Of a stretch of 64,000 nucleotides of DNA, positions 36,109-45,600 are shown piece by piece (within the stretch, counting starts at the first letter, position 1; every line of letters starts with the position of its first letter). Under the pieces are notes generated by a model. The model had not been told where the DNA came from, ran no database searches, and worked only from the letters and a program-made list of their open reading frames with translations. Source of the stretch: a virus. The DNA lies in the IMG/VR virus record IMGVR_UViG_3300008107_000012. The stretch is one strand, 5' to 3'. Position numbers and translations under genes: made by a program.

Positions 36109-36681
36109 CTAAAGTATAAAGTTAGAAAAGTCCGGTAGTTTCTTATCATCCTTAAGATTACTTTTTTGATTTTTTACTTGTGCCCTTATATTCTCTTTTC
36201 TTTTCTCTAAGTTGATTTCGTTAATGCTTTTATTTTCAATTACTTTGTTTTGACATAGTTTTTCTTCTAATTCACAGTCCATAGAACTAATAAAATCAAT
36301 AAAACTTTCTCTAATCTTTTTATATTCACTTAAAGGAAGTTTTTCAAGTTTCTTTATCTGTGTGTTTTTCCATTCTAAATGAGTTAGAAGATTGCTTTGT
36401 TGTTTTAATAACTCAGCAAAAGTATTATCAATCCATTCATTTATAGAATTGATGGTATTATCTTTAGTTTTCTCTTTTTGATAGATTATATCTTCAGTAT
36501 CACTTTTTGATATTTTTAATATTTCTGTTTTATTTTTAATAATATCTCCAATTCCTTTTTTACGATTGAGATTGAAAGTGGAGATTGAATTGAATTCTTT
36601 TTTAATGTCCTCTATTTGGATATAATCTAATCCATCAACATTAAAGACTTCATTTAACTTTTTACAGTTAAAGTGTTCCAT
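36109..36681 (-). CDS. hypothetical coiled-coil protein; the only credible minus-strand gene
   Basis: 190-aa ORF preceded by TATAAATA (36708-36715, minus). Confidence 0.7.
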   Translation of the reverse strand: MEHFNCKKLNEVFNVDGLDYIQIEDIKKEFNSISTFNLNRKKGIGDIIKNKTEILKISKSDTEDIIYQKEKTKDNTINSINEWIDNTFAELLKQQSNLLTHLEWKNTQIKKLEKLPLSEYKKIRESFIDFISSMDCELEEKLCQNKVIENKSINEINLEKRKENIRAQVKNQKSNLKDDKKLPDFSNFIL

Positions 36682-36717
36682 ATCTGTTCTGTTTGGGTTG
36701 CAGAAGTTATTTATATT

Positions 36718-36777
36718 AAAGGGAGCAGAGAGAATCTAACTCTGCTCCCCGTCTGTAAAGTGCAACCCAAACAGACA
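36718..36777 (-). ncRNA. candidate antisense small RNA (copy 5)
   Basis: TAAATA 36781-36786 (minus); stem GTCTGT/ACAGAC; terminator GGGAGCAGAG/CTCTGCTCCC-TTT; 15-nt perfect complement 36761-36775 vs 36688-36702. Confidence 0.6.
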
Positions 36778-37013
36778 TTATATTTATCAAATACCCAGTA
36801 TTGATAAATATCATAAAACCCTGATAATTGTATATAATTGAATATTAAGTATATAAATAACCGAGTATGAAATACAATAATTAGGATTGAACTTAAAGTA
36901 AATTTCTATTCCAAGAGAGCACAATAGGCAGTTCACCTGATGAGATAAGTCTTTCGCACAGGACAAATAGAAATCTCTGCTACTTTCAGTAATGATTATT
37001 GTTTATAGTATAA

Positions 37014-37176
37014 AAAGTTCATTCGTTATTAGATAATTGATGTATAATATTATCACATAATCATTATATTATAAATTGAATTAAAAGTTCATTCGTGATT
37101 AGATAGATTTCGTATGCTTTCTTATAATAGAAGAGCACTACGCATTATCATCACAAAGTTCATTCGTGATTAGATA
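37014..37176 (+). repeat. three 22-bp direct repeats at 70-71 bp period
   Basis: AAAGTTCATTCGT(T/G)ATTAGATA at 37014, 37084, 37155. Confidence 0.9.
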
Positions 37177-37216
37177 TGCTTCGTATGAGATTTTCACATA
37201 TAAGCATAGAACAAGA

Positions 37217-37370
37217 TTGACTTTTGTGATTGATTCGTGTATAATAGAATTCGTTTATAAGAATAGACTTTGACCTTTTATAAAGAAGTGTTTATAAGGG
37301 GTTGATTCGTTGTGTCTATGAGTTCGTGTAAGATATAACACTTGACAGGGGATATAATTCCTGGTAGGAT
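37217..37370 (+). promoter_or_regulatory. tandem sigma70 promoters
   Basis: TTGACT-17-TATAAT (37217-37245); TTGACC-17-TATAAG (37270-37298); TTGACA-17-TAGGAT (37342-37370). Confidence 0.7.
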
Positions 37371-37402
37371 AACGTTAAGCAGTTAGTTCTTCTCATCGAC
37401 TT

Positions 37403-37570
37403 ATGGCTAGTTCGTACCTCTTAGCACAAAAGAATAAGTATCGTATCACGTTAGAACTTGACGTTCTGGGTGATTTCGACCCTCATCAGATTGATTGGAA
37501 GAAACTCTTTGAACTTGAGCATAATGAATCAGTCAAGAGTTATGTAGAAGACCTCTCTGTGCCCTGGTAA
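37403..37570 (+). CDS. small hypothetical protein (55 aa)
   Basis: MASSYLLAQKNKYRITLELDVLGDFDPHQIDWKKLFEL.. Confidence 0.65.
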   Translation: MASSYLLAQKNKYRITLELDVLGDFDPHQIDWKKLFELEHNESVKSYVEDLSVPW

Positions 37571-37983
37571 TAGTAATACTATCAGTACTTTCAGTTGATA
37601 TAATTATACTTTGCGTCGTTCTTTATACATTCTTCGTGTCAGTTGTTTAGATTTTATCGACAATGTGCTGGCAGTTGATATAAAGAATGGTGTAAAATAT
37701 AATTATATCGTGGAAATGTTCGTGTTGGCAGTATAAACAACTGCACTGATGTATTATAATACACTAGAAGATGGGGGCAGTTGATGTAAAATAGACGAAT
37801 AACTATACTTTATTCGTTGTCAGTTTGTTATTCGTTATAGCAGTTATTTGATGTTGTTTGTTATTGTTTATATTTTGCGTTGCCGTTGCCCCCCGTATAT
37901 AAAAACCCAAACTACCCTAACCTACAGAGGTGACAAATCGACCTCTAAATATCACTCTCATAAAATTTTTCCGGACCTATAAG

Positions 37984-38127
37984 ATGAAAAGAAAACCCCC
38001 CTATTGGAATTTCTGGAAGGTAGTCTTTGCGGGATGGTTAATACGATATCCTGGAAAAATGTTTAGAATTATCGGAGTCCCCCTCGGAATTCTCATAGTG
38101 GTAATATATAATGCATTGACGAAATAA
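37984..38127 (+). CDS. small membrane protein
   Basis: YWNFWKVVFAGWLIRYP + TM. Confidence 0.6.
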   Translation: MKRKPPYWNFWKVVFAGWLIRYPGKMFRIIGVPLGILIVVIYNALTK

Positions 38128-38148
38128 AAAAATTCCGGAAAAAATTTT

Positions 38149-38349
38149 ATGGAAAATACTGAAAAATTATATCACATCTACGCAAAGGATCGGTGCATTT
38201 ATCACAGTTTACCAGAGAACAAATTCTCTGAGACCTGGGATATGCTGCACAGAATGGTTGACTTATTAGGTGCGAATATTTCAAAGGAAGATTTACAATA
38301 TGAAGAAGTGACTGTCAATAGACTCATAGCACAAAATGCCTCATATTGA
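38149..38349 (+). CDS. hypothetical cyanophage protein
   Basis: ORF. Confidence 0.7.
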   Translation: MENTEKLYHIYAKDRCIYHSLPENKFSETWDMLHRMVDLLGANISKEDLQYEEVTVNRLIAQNASY

Positions 38350-38374
38350 CAAATACTAAATAGGACGATAAAAT
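38346..38374 (+). promoter_or_regulatory. sigma70 promoter with nested TAAATA
   Basis: TTGACA-17-TAAAAT; TAAATA 38357-38362. Confidence 0.65.
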
Positions 38375-38397
38375 TGATCTGAAGGTTAATTTAACTT

Positions 38398-39165
38398 ATG
38401 GCAAAAGGATTTACAGTAAAAGCAACAGCACCAAAACCCAAAGAACAAGAATGGGATATTGATGCAATCAAAGAAAGAATGAAAGGGAAGTCAATTGTAT
38501 TCTGTCTTCCAGGTCGTGGTTGTTCTTTCATTTTTCTCAAAGCATTTGTACAACTCTGTTTTGACCTTGTACAAAACGGAATGAGTATTCAGATTTCTCA
38601 AGATTACTCATCAATGGTGAACTTTGCCCGTTGTAAGGTTCTTGGGGCAAATGTACTTCGTGGTCCCAAACAAATTCCTTGGGATGGTAAACTAAACTAT
38701 GATTATCAACTCTGGATTGATAGTGACATTGTTTTTGATTCTAACAAATTCTGGCAACTCTGTGATGTTGCTCTTCCTGCTGAAGGAGATGAGAAAGAAA
38801 TTGTTGCAGGTTGGTATGCAACCGAAGATGGTGTCACAACATCTGTCGCACATTGGTTAGAGGAAGATGATTTCCGTAAAAACGGTGGTGTGATGAATCA
38901 TGAAACCGTGGAATCAATCTCCAAGCGTAGAAAGCCTTTCACAGTTGACTACACTGGTTTTGGTTGGGTTCTGATTAAGAACGGTGTCTTTGAGAATCTT
39001 GAATATCCTTGGTTTGCTCCTAAGATGCAAGTCTTTGAATCTGGTGCAGTTCAGGATATGTGCGGAGAAGATGTATCATTCTGTCTTGATGCAAAAGAGG
39101 CAGGTTTTGAAATCTGGTGCGATCCTCGTATCAGAGTTGGACATGAGAAAACTCGTATTATTTGA
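38398..39165 (+). CDS. GT-A fold (family 2-like) glycosyltransferase
   Basis: WIDSDIVF DxD, TGFGWVLIK, GEDVSFC, RVGHEK. Confidence 0.75.
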   Translation: MAKGFTVKATAPKPKEQEWDIDAIKERMKGKSIVFCLPGRGCSFIFLKAFVQLCFDLVQNGMSIQISQDYSSMVNFARCKVLGANVLRGPKQIPWDGKLNYDYQLWIDSDIVFDSNKFWQLCDVALPAEGDEKEIVAGWYATEDGVTTSVAHWLEEDDFRKNGGVMNHETVESISKRRKPFTVDYTGFGWVLIKNGVFENLEYPWFAPKMQVFESGAVQDMCGEDVSFCLDAKEAGFEIWCDPRIRVGHEKTRII

Positions 39166-39185
39166 TTTTATTTTGGAGGTAATTT

Positions 39186-39326
39186 ATGGCTAAAGGTGGA
39201 TCTAATAAGACTCTGTTTGAACCCGGAGCACCTAAGAAAACTCGTCAAGGACGTTCTCCTCGTACATTACTCAGTGCTACTTCTCGTAATGGACGTAAGA
39301 AGAAATATAGGGGACAAGGTAAATAA
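39186..39326 (+). CDS. small basic protein (46 aa)
   Basis: GGAGG SD; PKKTRQG..KKKYRGQGK. Confidence 0.7.
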   Translation: MAKGGSNKTLFEPGAPKKTRQGRSPRTLLSATSRNGRKKKYRGQGK

Positions 39327-39332
39327 TCCTTT

Positions 39333-39560
39333 ATGATACAATTAAATCCTCAAATCCCAGTTATTACTCCAAAGGGTAATGGTTGGGCTTTTTTTGTAAT
39401 TGATAGATCTCAAGAACATGATCTTGAATGGGTTGTTTTTCTAGATAGTAATGGTGAATGTTGGACATTTAAAAATTCCGACATACGAATTCAAAAAAAT
39501 TATACATTACATAGAAACAACCCATCAGGATTCAACTCATGTACTACTCAGATCCAGTAG
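39333..39560 (+). CDS. hypothetical protein
   Basis: QLNP.IPV.TPKG.G.A..ID.SQEHDL.W. Confidence 0.7.
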   Translation: MIQLNPQIPVITPKGNGWAFFVIDRSQEHDLEWVVFLDSNGECWTFKNSDIRIQKNYTLHRNNPSGFNSCTTQIQ

Positions 39561-40186
39561 ATGAATGGAATTCAATTCTCGAAGAAGATCTATGGGTTTA
39601 CAATAAACTATTTCTAAATCGTCGTTTGGGGCATCTCTGTGGACCTACAGGATGCCCCGTTCCACATCCAGGTCATTATATAGTTCGACCAAGTATCAAT
39701 TTACTCGGTATGAGTCGATTTTCTCGTATAGAATGGATTGATAAATCTACAGATCATTTACATCCATCAGAATTTTGGTGTGAAATTTTTGTTGGAGAGC
39801 ATTTAAGTGTCGATTTTTTTCAAAAAATACCAAGATTAGTTGTTTTAGGTGAAAGAAACTCTCAAGATCCATTGTATAAATGGAAAAAATGGTCCAAAAT
39901 TGATCGAGACATCAACTTTCCTTCAATATTAAATAGTTTAAAAGGTAATTATGAGTGGATTAATTGCGAATTTATTAATAATAACCTCATAGAGGTGCAT
40001 TTTAGACAAAATCCTGACTTTAGATTCGGAAATTCTGTTGCTTTTCCTCTTTGGAAAGGAGAAAATCAAATAAAAACTGATGATTTGGAGTTTATAACTG
40101 ATGAAGATTACTTAAGAAAGGGATTTTACATTGATAAACGGGATAGGAACCCCGTAAAAAGTTCTGATTTAACGAATCAGGAGTAA
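39539..40186 (+). CDS. hypothetical protein, possibly ATP-grasp-like
   Basis: YIVRP..G, CE.F.GEHLSVD, NCEF..IEVHFR. Confidence 0.55.
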   Translation: MYYSDPVDEWNSILEEDLWVYNKLFLNRRLGHLCGPTGCPVPHPGHYIVRPSINLLGMSRFSRIEWIDKSTDHLHPSEFWCEIFVGEHLSVDFFQKIPRLVVLGERNSQDPLYKWKKWSKIDRDINFPSILNSLKGNYEWINCEFINNNLIEVHFRQNPDFRFGNSVAFPLWKGENQIKTDDLEFITDEDYLRKGFYIDKRDRNPVKSSDLTNQE

Positions 40187-40189
40187 AAA

Positions 40190-40351
40190 ATGGATCAAAA
40201 AATGCTTAGAGAAATCTTTAATGATGATTTAACACCAAAAAAGCATAATTTTGAAGTTCAAAACGAAATTCACGAGAAAATTCGTAATGATGATGACTAT
40301 GATGATTGGGAGTATGGAACTGAACCTCTTTATGAATCAAAAAAACCATAA
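40190..40351 (+). CDS. small acidic protein
   Basis: AGGAG SD. Confidence 0.65.
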   Translation: MDQKMLREIFNDDLTPKKHNFEVQNEIHEKIRNDDDYDDWEYGTEPLYESKKP

Positions 40352-40378
40352 TAAATAAGATAGATTTATTAATTTTTT

Positions 40379-40780
40379 ATGCCTGTAGAACGGGTAAGTA
40401 AGGGTTTCAAAGACATAAGTATGACTTTTCAGGTTAACCCTGTAAATTATGACCTTATTGGTCTTAAAAATGAAACCGCTATTTCCCGTTCTATTCGCAA
40501 TTTAGTCTTTACTCTTCCTGGTGAAAGATTTTTTAATCCAAACCTAGGTTCAAGAGTAAGTAGACAACTTTTTGAAAATATGGATGCAGTTTCCGCATCA
40601 ATTATTGAGGATGAAATTAGAGATACTATTAATAAGTATGAGCCAAGAGTTAGACTTATTAATGTAGAAGTAACACCAAATTATGATGAAAATGAATTTA
40701 ATGTAACAATTACATATAGAATAGTTGGAATTGATGTTTTACCTCAACAACTAACATTTGCACTACAGCCAACACGATAA
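40379..40780 (+). CDS. gp25: baseplate wedge subunit gp25
   Basis: AI.RSIRNL..T.PGER.F.P.LGS, YEPRV; TAAATA 40352-40357. Confidence 0.92.
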   Translation: MPVERVSKGFKDISMTFQVNPVNYDLIGLKNETAISRSIRNLVFTLPGERFFNPNLGSRVSRQLFENMDAVSASIIEDEIRDTINKYEPRVRLINVEVTPNYDENEFNVTITYRIVGIDVLPQQLTFALQPTR

Positions 40781-42697
40781 ATGGCATTAGTTAATTTTAC
40801 CAATTTAGATTTCGATCAAATAAAAAGTTCTCTTAGAGAATATCTAAGATCTAATTCAAATTTTACTGACTATGACTTTGAAGGTTCAAATCTTTCAACA
40901 ATCATAGACCTTCTTGCATATAATACATATATTTCCTCATACAATGCTAATATGATTAGCAATGAGGTCTTTATTGATAGTGCAACTCTTAGAGAAAACG
41001 TTGTTTCTCTTGCAGGACATATTGGTTATGTTCCAAGATCTAAAACATCAGCAAAGGCAAATATATCATTTTTTATAGATACCTCGAATTTCACTACAAA
41101 TCCAAAAACAATTACTTTACAGAGAGGTACAGTGTGTTCCTCTTCAAATAATTTTGGGTCTCAGAGTTACACATTTTCAATTTTAAACGATATTACAGTT
41201 CCAGTTACAAATAATATTGCTTTTTTTGAAAATATTGATGTATATGAAGGAACTTATTTACTTGAGAGATTTGTTGTAGACAGCAATAATAAAAATCAAA
41301 GATTTATTCTTTCAAATGCAAATATTGACACATCATCAATAGTTGTTGAAGTAAGAAATTCTTTTGAAAGTACTGTAATTAGAAAATTTAACATTTGTAC
41401 GGATTTTTGTGCTGTAGATGCTGAATCTAGAGTTTTCTTTATCAAAGAAATAGAAGATCAAAGATATGAGATTGTTTTTGGTGATGGAATTTTTGGTAAG
41501 AAATTAGATAACAATAATATCGTTGAAGTATATCACGTAGTAAGTAATGGTGGTGAAAGTGCCAATGGAATAACATCATTCAATTTTAGTGGTAGATTAT
41601 TTGATAATAATGGTAGAATTGTTTCCACTGGAATATCATTAATTACTTCAAATTCTCCTTCTCAGGGAGGAAGAGAAATTGAATCCGTAGAGTCTATTCG
41701 TAAGTTTGCTCCTCGTTTATACTCCTCACAGAAAAGAGCAGTAACAACCGAAGATTATGAAACCATTGTTGCTTCTTTATATCCAGAAGCAGAGTCTGTT
41801 TCTGTATTTGGGGGAGAGGAACTTGATCCTCCTAAATATGGAAAAGTTTTCATCGCAATAAAACCAATTTCCGGAGATTTTCTTGCAAATTCTATTAAGG
41901 AAAATCTAAAAAATCTACTAAGAAAATACAGTGTTGCTGGTATTGTAACTGAAATAGTAGATTTAAAATATCTCTATATTGAATTTGACTCTTCAGTCTA
42001 CTATAATACTAATCTATCACAATCTTCAAGTAAACTTCAAACAAGAGTCATTAACAATATAATTAAATACTCGGATTCATCAGAGTTAAATAAATATGGT
42101 GCTAGATTTAAATATAGTAAATTCTTAAAAGTAATTGATGAGACTGATAGATCAATAACATCAAACATTACTAATATAGTAATGAGAAGAGATCTAAGAG
42201 CAGTTTTAGGTCAATTCTCAGAATATGAAATTTGTTTTGGAAACCAATTTAATATTAATGATTCGAAGGGTTATAATATAAAATCTTCTGGATTTAGATT
42301 GAATGGATATAATTATGACTTATATCTTTCTGATATTCCAAATTCAAATTTAAAGAACGGAACTATAATATTTTTCCGTATTGATACAGAGACATCAACT
42401 CCAATAATTGTAAATAACAATGCAGGGACAATAAATTATGAAAAAGGAGAAATTATAATCTTTCCAACAAATCTAATATCAACTTCAAAACAAAAATCAA
42501 ATGAACCAATTATAGAAATATCAGTTACTCCGTATTCAAATGATATTATTGGTCTTCAGGACCTATATTTGCAATTAGATATTGAAAATAGTAATGTAGA
42601 TATGATTGTGGATACTATTTCTTCCGGATCGGATGTTTCTGGGTCAATATATAAAACATCATCTAGTTATACTACACGGGAATTTATAAGAAAGTAA
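40781..42697 (+). CDS. gp6: baseplate wedge subunit gp6
   Basis: LDFDQIK..FTDYDFEGSNLS..LLAYN, FGDG, QKRAVT..DY. Confidence 0.93.
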   Translation: MALVNFTNLDFDQIKSSLREYLRSNSNFTDYDFEGSNLSTIIDLLAYNTYISSYNANMISNEVFIDSATLRENVVSLAGHIGYVPRSKTSAKANISFFIDTSNFTTNPKTITLQRGTVCSSSNNFGSQSYTFSILNDITVPVTNNIAFFENIDVYEGTYLLERFVVDSNNKNQRFILSNANIDTSSIVVEVRNSFESTVIRKFNICTDFCAVDAESRVFFIKEIEDQRYEIVFGDGIFGKKLDNNNIVEVYHVVSNGGESANGITSFNFSGRLFDNNGRIVSTGISLITSNSPSQGGREIESVESIRKFAPRLYSSQKRAVTTEDYETIVASLYPEAESVSVFGGEELDPPKYGKVFIAIKPISGDFLANSIKENLKNLLRKYSVAGIVTEIVDLKYLYIEFDSSVYYNTNLSQSSSKLQTRVINNIIKYSDSSELNKYGARFKYSKFLKVIDETDRSITSNITNIVMRRDLRAVLGQFSEYEICFGNQFNINDSKGYNIKSSGFRLNGYNYDLYLSDIPNSNLKNGTIIFFRIDTETSTPIIVNNNAGTINYEKGEIIIFPTNLISTSKQKSNEPIIEISVTPYSNDIIGLQDLYLQLDIENSNVDMIVDTISSGSDVSGSIYKTSSSYTTREFIRK

Positions 42698-42698
42698 T

Positions 42699-45600
42699 AT
42701 GAAGAACTCAATTAAATTCTATTCAATTGTAGAAAGTCTCGTACCAGAGTACGTTAAAATAGAATTTCCGTTAGTTATAGAGTTTTTATCACAATATTAT
42801 AAATCTCAAGAAAATCAAAGTGCTGCTCTTGATATAATTCATAATATTGACAAGTATGTTCAAATTGATAGTGTTACAAATTTAGATTTAACAACGACAC
42901 TCACATACCCATTAGACTTTGAAAATGAAGTTTTTATATACTCAAGTAAAGATCTTCCAAAAAATTATGGATTAATTAAAATTGATAACGAAATTATTTG
43001 GTATGAAAGATTAGTAGAAGATACTATAACAACGGCAACATTTACAATAGAAGTAGGGTCAACTTCTATTGTTTCTTCAGATGTTAATGAGGATTGGATA
43101 GGAAAGATACTTATTATTAAAGACAATCAAGGAAATATTGTAAATACTACAAAAATTTTATCCATCGAAGATGGATTAAGTGTTCTTACAGATTCTCCTT
43201 TAATTATTGATACTGAAGTTAGTGTTTATAATTCATCAAATACATATACCTGCGAAATTAATGGAAATAAACTTACAAATTGTACTAGAGGATTTAATGC
43301 TACTGTAGCATATGATTCAGATAATACAACAGATGAACTTGTCTATGAAGAAACTTCAATTGACAGTCACGTATTAGGGTCAGAAATAACCAATTTAAGC
43401 ATAATATTTCTTACAGAATTCTTCAAAAAAATCAAAATTCAACTTGCTCCAGGATTTGAAGATGAAGAATTTTATGACCAAATCAATGAAGCAACATTTA
43501 TTCGCAATATAAAGCAATTTTACCAATCAAAGGGATCTGATTGCTCCTTTGAACTTCTTTTCAGAGCACTCTTTGGTGAAGATGTAAGTATCATTAGACC
43601 AAGAGATTTTGTTATTCAGTCTTCAGATGCTCAGTATAATGTTTTTAGAGATTTAGTTGTTGAACAATTTGAAGGAGACCCAGAAGATCTAGAAAACTTA
43701 ACTTTATATCAAGACGAATATCTTAACATCCCACAATCAAAGGGAACAATTGCTAAGGTAGAAAAAATTCAAAGAGGAAGTAACTTTTACTATACTATAA
43801 GTTTAGATCAAACAAAAGAAAATACTTATAGTTCAAATCTAGGGGAATTTACTATCCATCCAAAATCAAAAACTACAATAGATATCAGTTCTGGTAGTGA
43901 TTTTATTGATGTAGATTCAACTATAGGATTTCCAGACTCTGGTGAACTGTTAATTCAAAAAATAGATGGAACAACTTTTGTAGTATCTTACTTATCAAGA
44001 ACATCTACTCAATTTTTAGATTGCAGTGGTATAGTTCAAGATATTAGTGTAAATTCTACTATTAGATTAAATACTTTCGCTTATGGATACAATGGTTCTG
44101 AGCAGATTAAAGTTTTTGTAGGTGGGGTTTTATCTTCAGTAAATATTGAATCAACTCCATATTATTCATCCATAAATGAAAGAATAAAAATTAAAACTCT
44201 AGGCAAGAATTTAGAAACTGTAAAGTCTGAAAATTGGTTTTATAACATAACAACAAAATATAAATTAGAAAAAATTTCTTTAGTTGATACTGCTAATTTA
44301 GTTTATGAAGTTGTTTTATATGATGACAATATTTTAAAAGTAGGAGATTCTGTTACTTTATTATACAGTGAAGGATCTCCAAAAAATGGAACCATAGTAG
44401 GGCAATCAAACAAAAAAACATTTTTTGTTGTCGGATTTGAAGATGTAAATGAATCTATTAGTTATACATTAAGAAAAAATATTTTAAAAGTTAATTCGAT
44501 AAATTACCCAGAACTTTCAAAATATTCTACAAATGTTCAAAACGTTTATATTGATAAAGAGCAAAATATTTTTGTAAATTCGCAATCATTGCCAAATTAT
44601 ATTTTTGAACCATTATTAATAACTGATAGATCAGTGACTTTTTCTGGTTCATATATTGAATCTGAAATAATTAATGCAATTTCTCATAGATTTTACACTG
44701 GTGATGCTGTTGTTTATGTGCCAGGAGATAATAACAATAAGTTAGATCTTAAAAAAGGAATTTATTTTGTTTATGCTGTAGATCAAAATAATATTAAACT
44801 TGCTAGAAGTAGAGAAAATATCTACACGCAAAACTTTGTTAAAGTGACCGGTAGTGTTACAAATAATAAATTTGTGTTAGAATCATTTACAAATTCAACT
44901 CTTGACACTAAAAAATTACTACCTCAAAATATTTTTAGAGAACTATCAACTCCTAAAATTCCTGATAACAATTCTAACGTAGAAACTTTTCCAGGAACAA
45001 CTGGAATTTTTGTGAATGGAGTTGAGTTATTGAATTATAAATCTAAAGATGTTTTATATTATGGAGAAATAGAAGACATTTTTCCAACCGCATCAGGGAG
45101 TGGATATGATATTATTAATCCACCAGTATTAAGTATTGAAGATGATAATGGTTTTGGTGCAAATGGATACTTATCAATCAATGGATCTTTAGAAAGAGTT
45201 GATATTATTGATCCAGGTTTTGATTTCACAGAAACTCCTACTGTTATTATATCCGGTGGTAATGGAAAAGAAGCACAAGTTTCTTTGAACTTAGTATCAA
45301 TAGATTATTCAGCATCTTTTAATGCAAAGACAGGAATCAATACAGTAACTAATACTGTAGGTTTTACTACCTACCATAAATTTAGAAATAATGAAGTTGT
45401 TCTTTATGATCCACAAGGGCAAACTAAAATATCAGGGTTAAGTACAAATTCTCAATACTATGCATCTGTTATTGATGCATTTACGGTTAAATTATATAAT
45501 AATTTAGATGATGCTTCTATTGGAATCAATACTGTTAATTTGATTGGTATAGGTACTGGTAGACATTTGTTTAAATCTCTTTCAAAGAAAAAACAAATTG

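Noticed and set aside
36937-36975. Hammerhead ribozyme (CTGATGAG...GAAA)
   Set aside because: No CGAAA closing stem II and no convincing stems I/III with a UH site.
37014-37176. CRISPR mini-array
   Set aside because: Only three 22-bp non-palindromic repeats; 48-49 nt spacers are AT-rich, one contains the repeat core TTCGT; no cas genes in the window.
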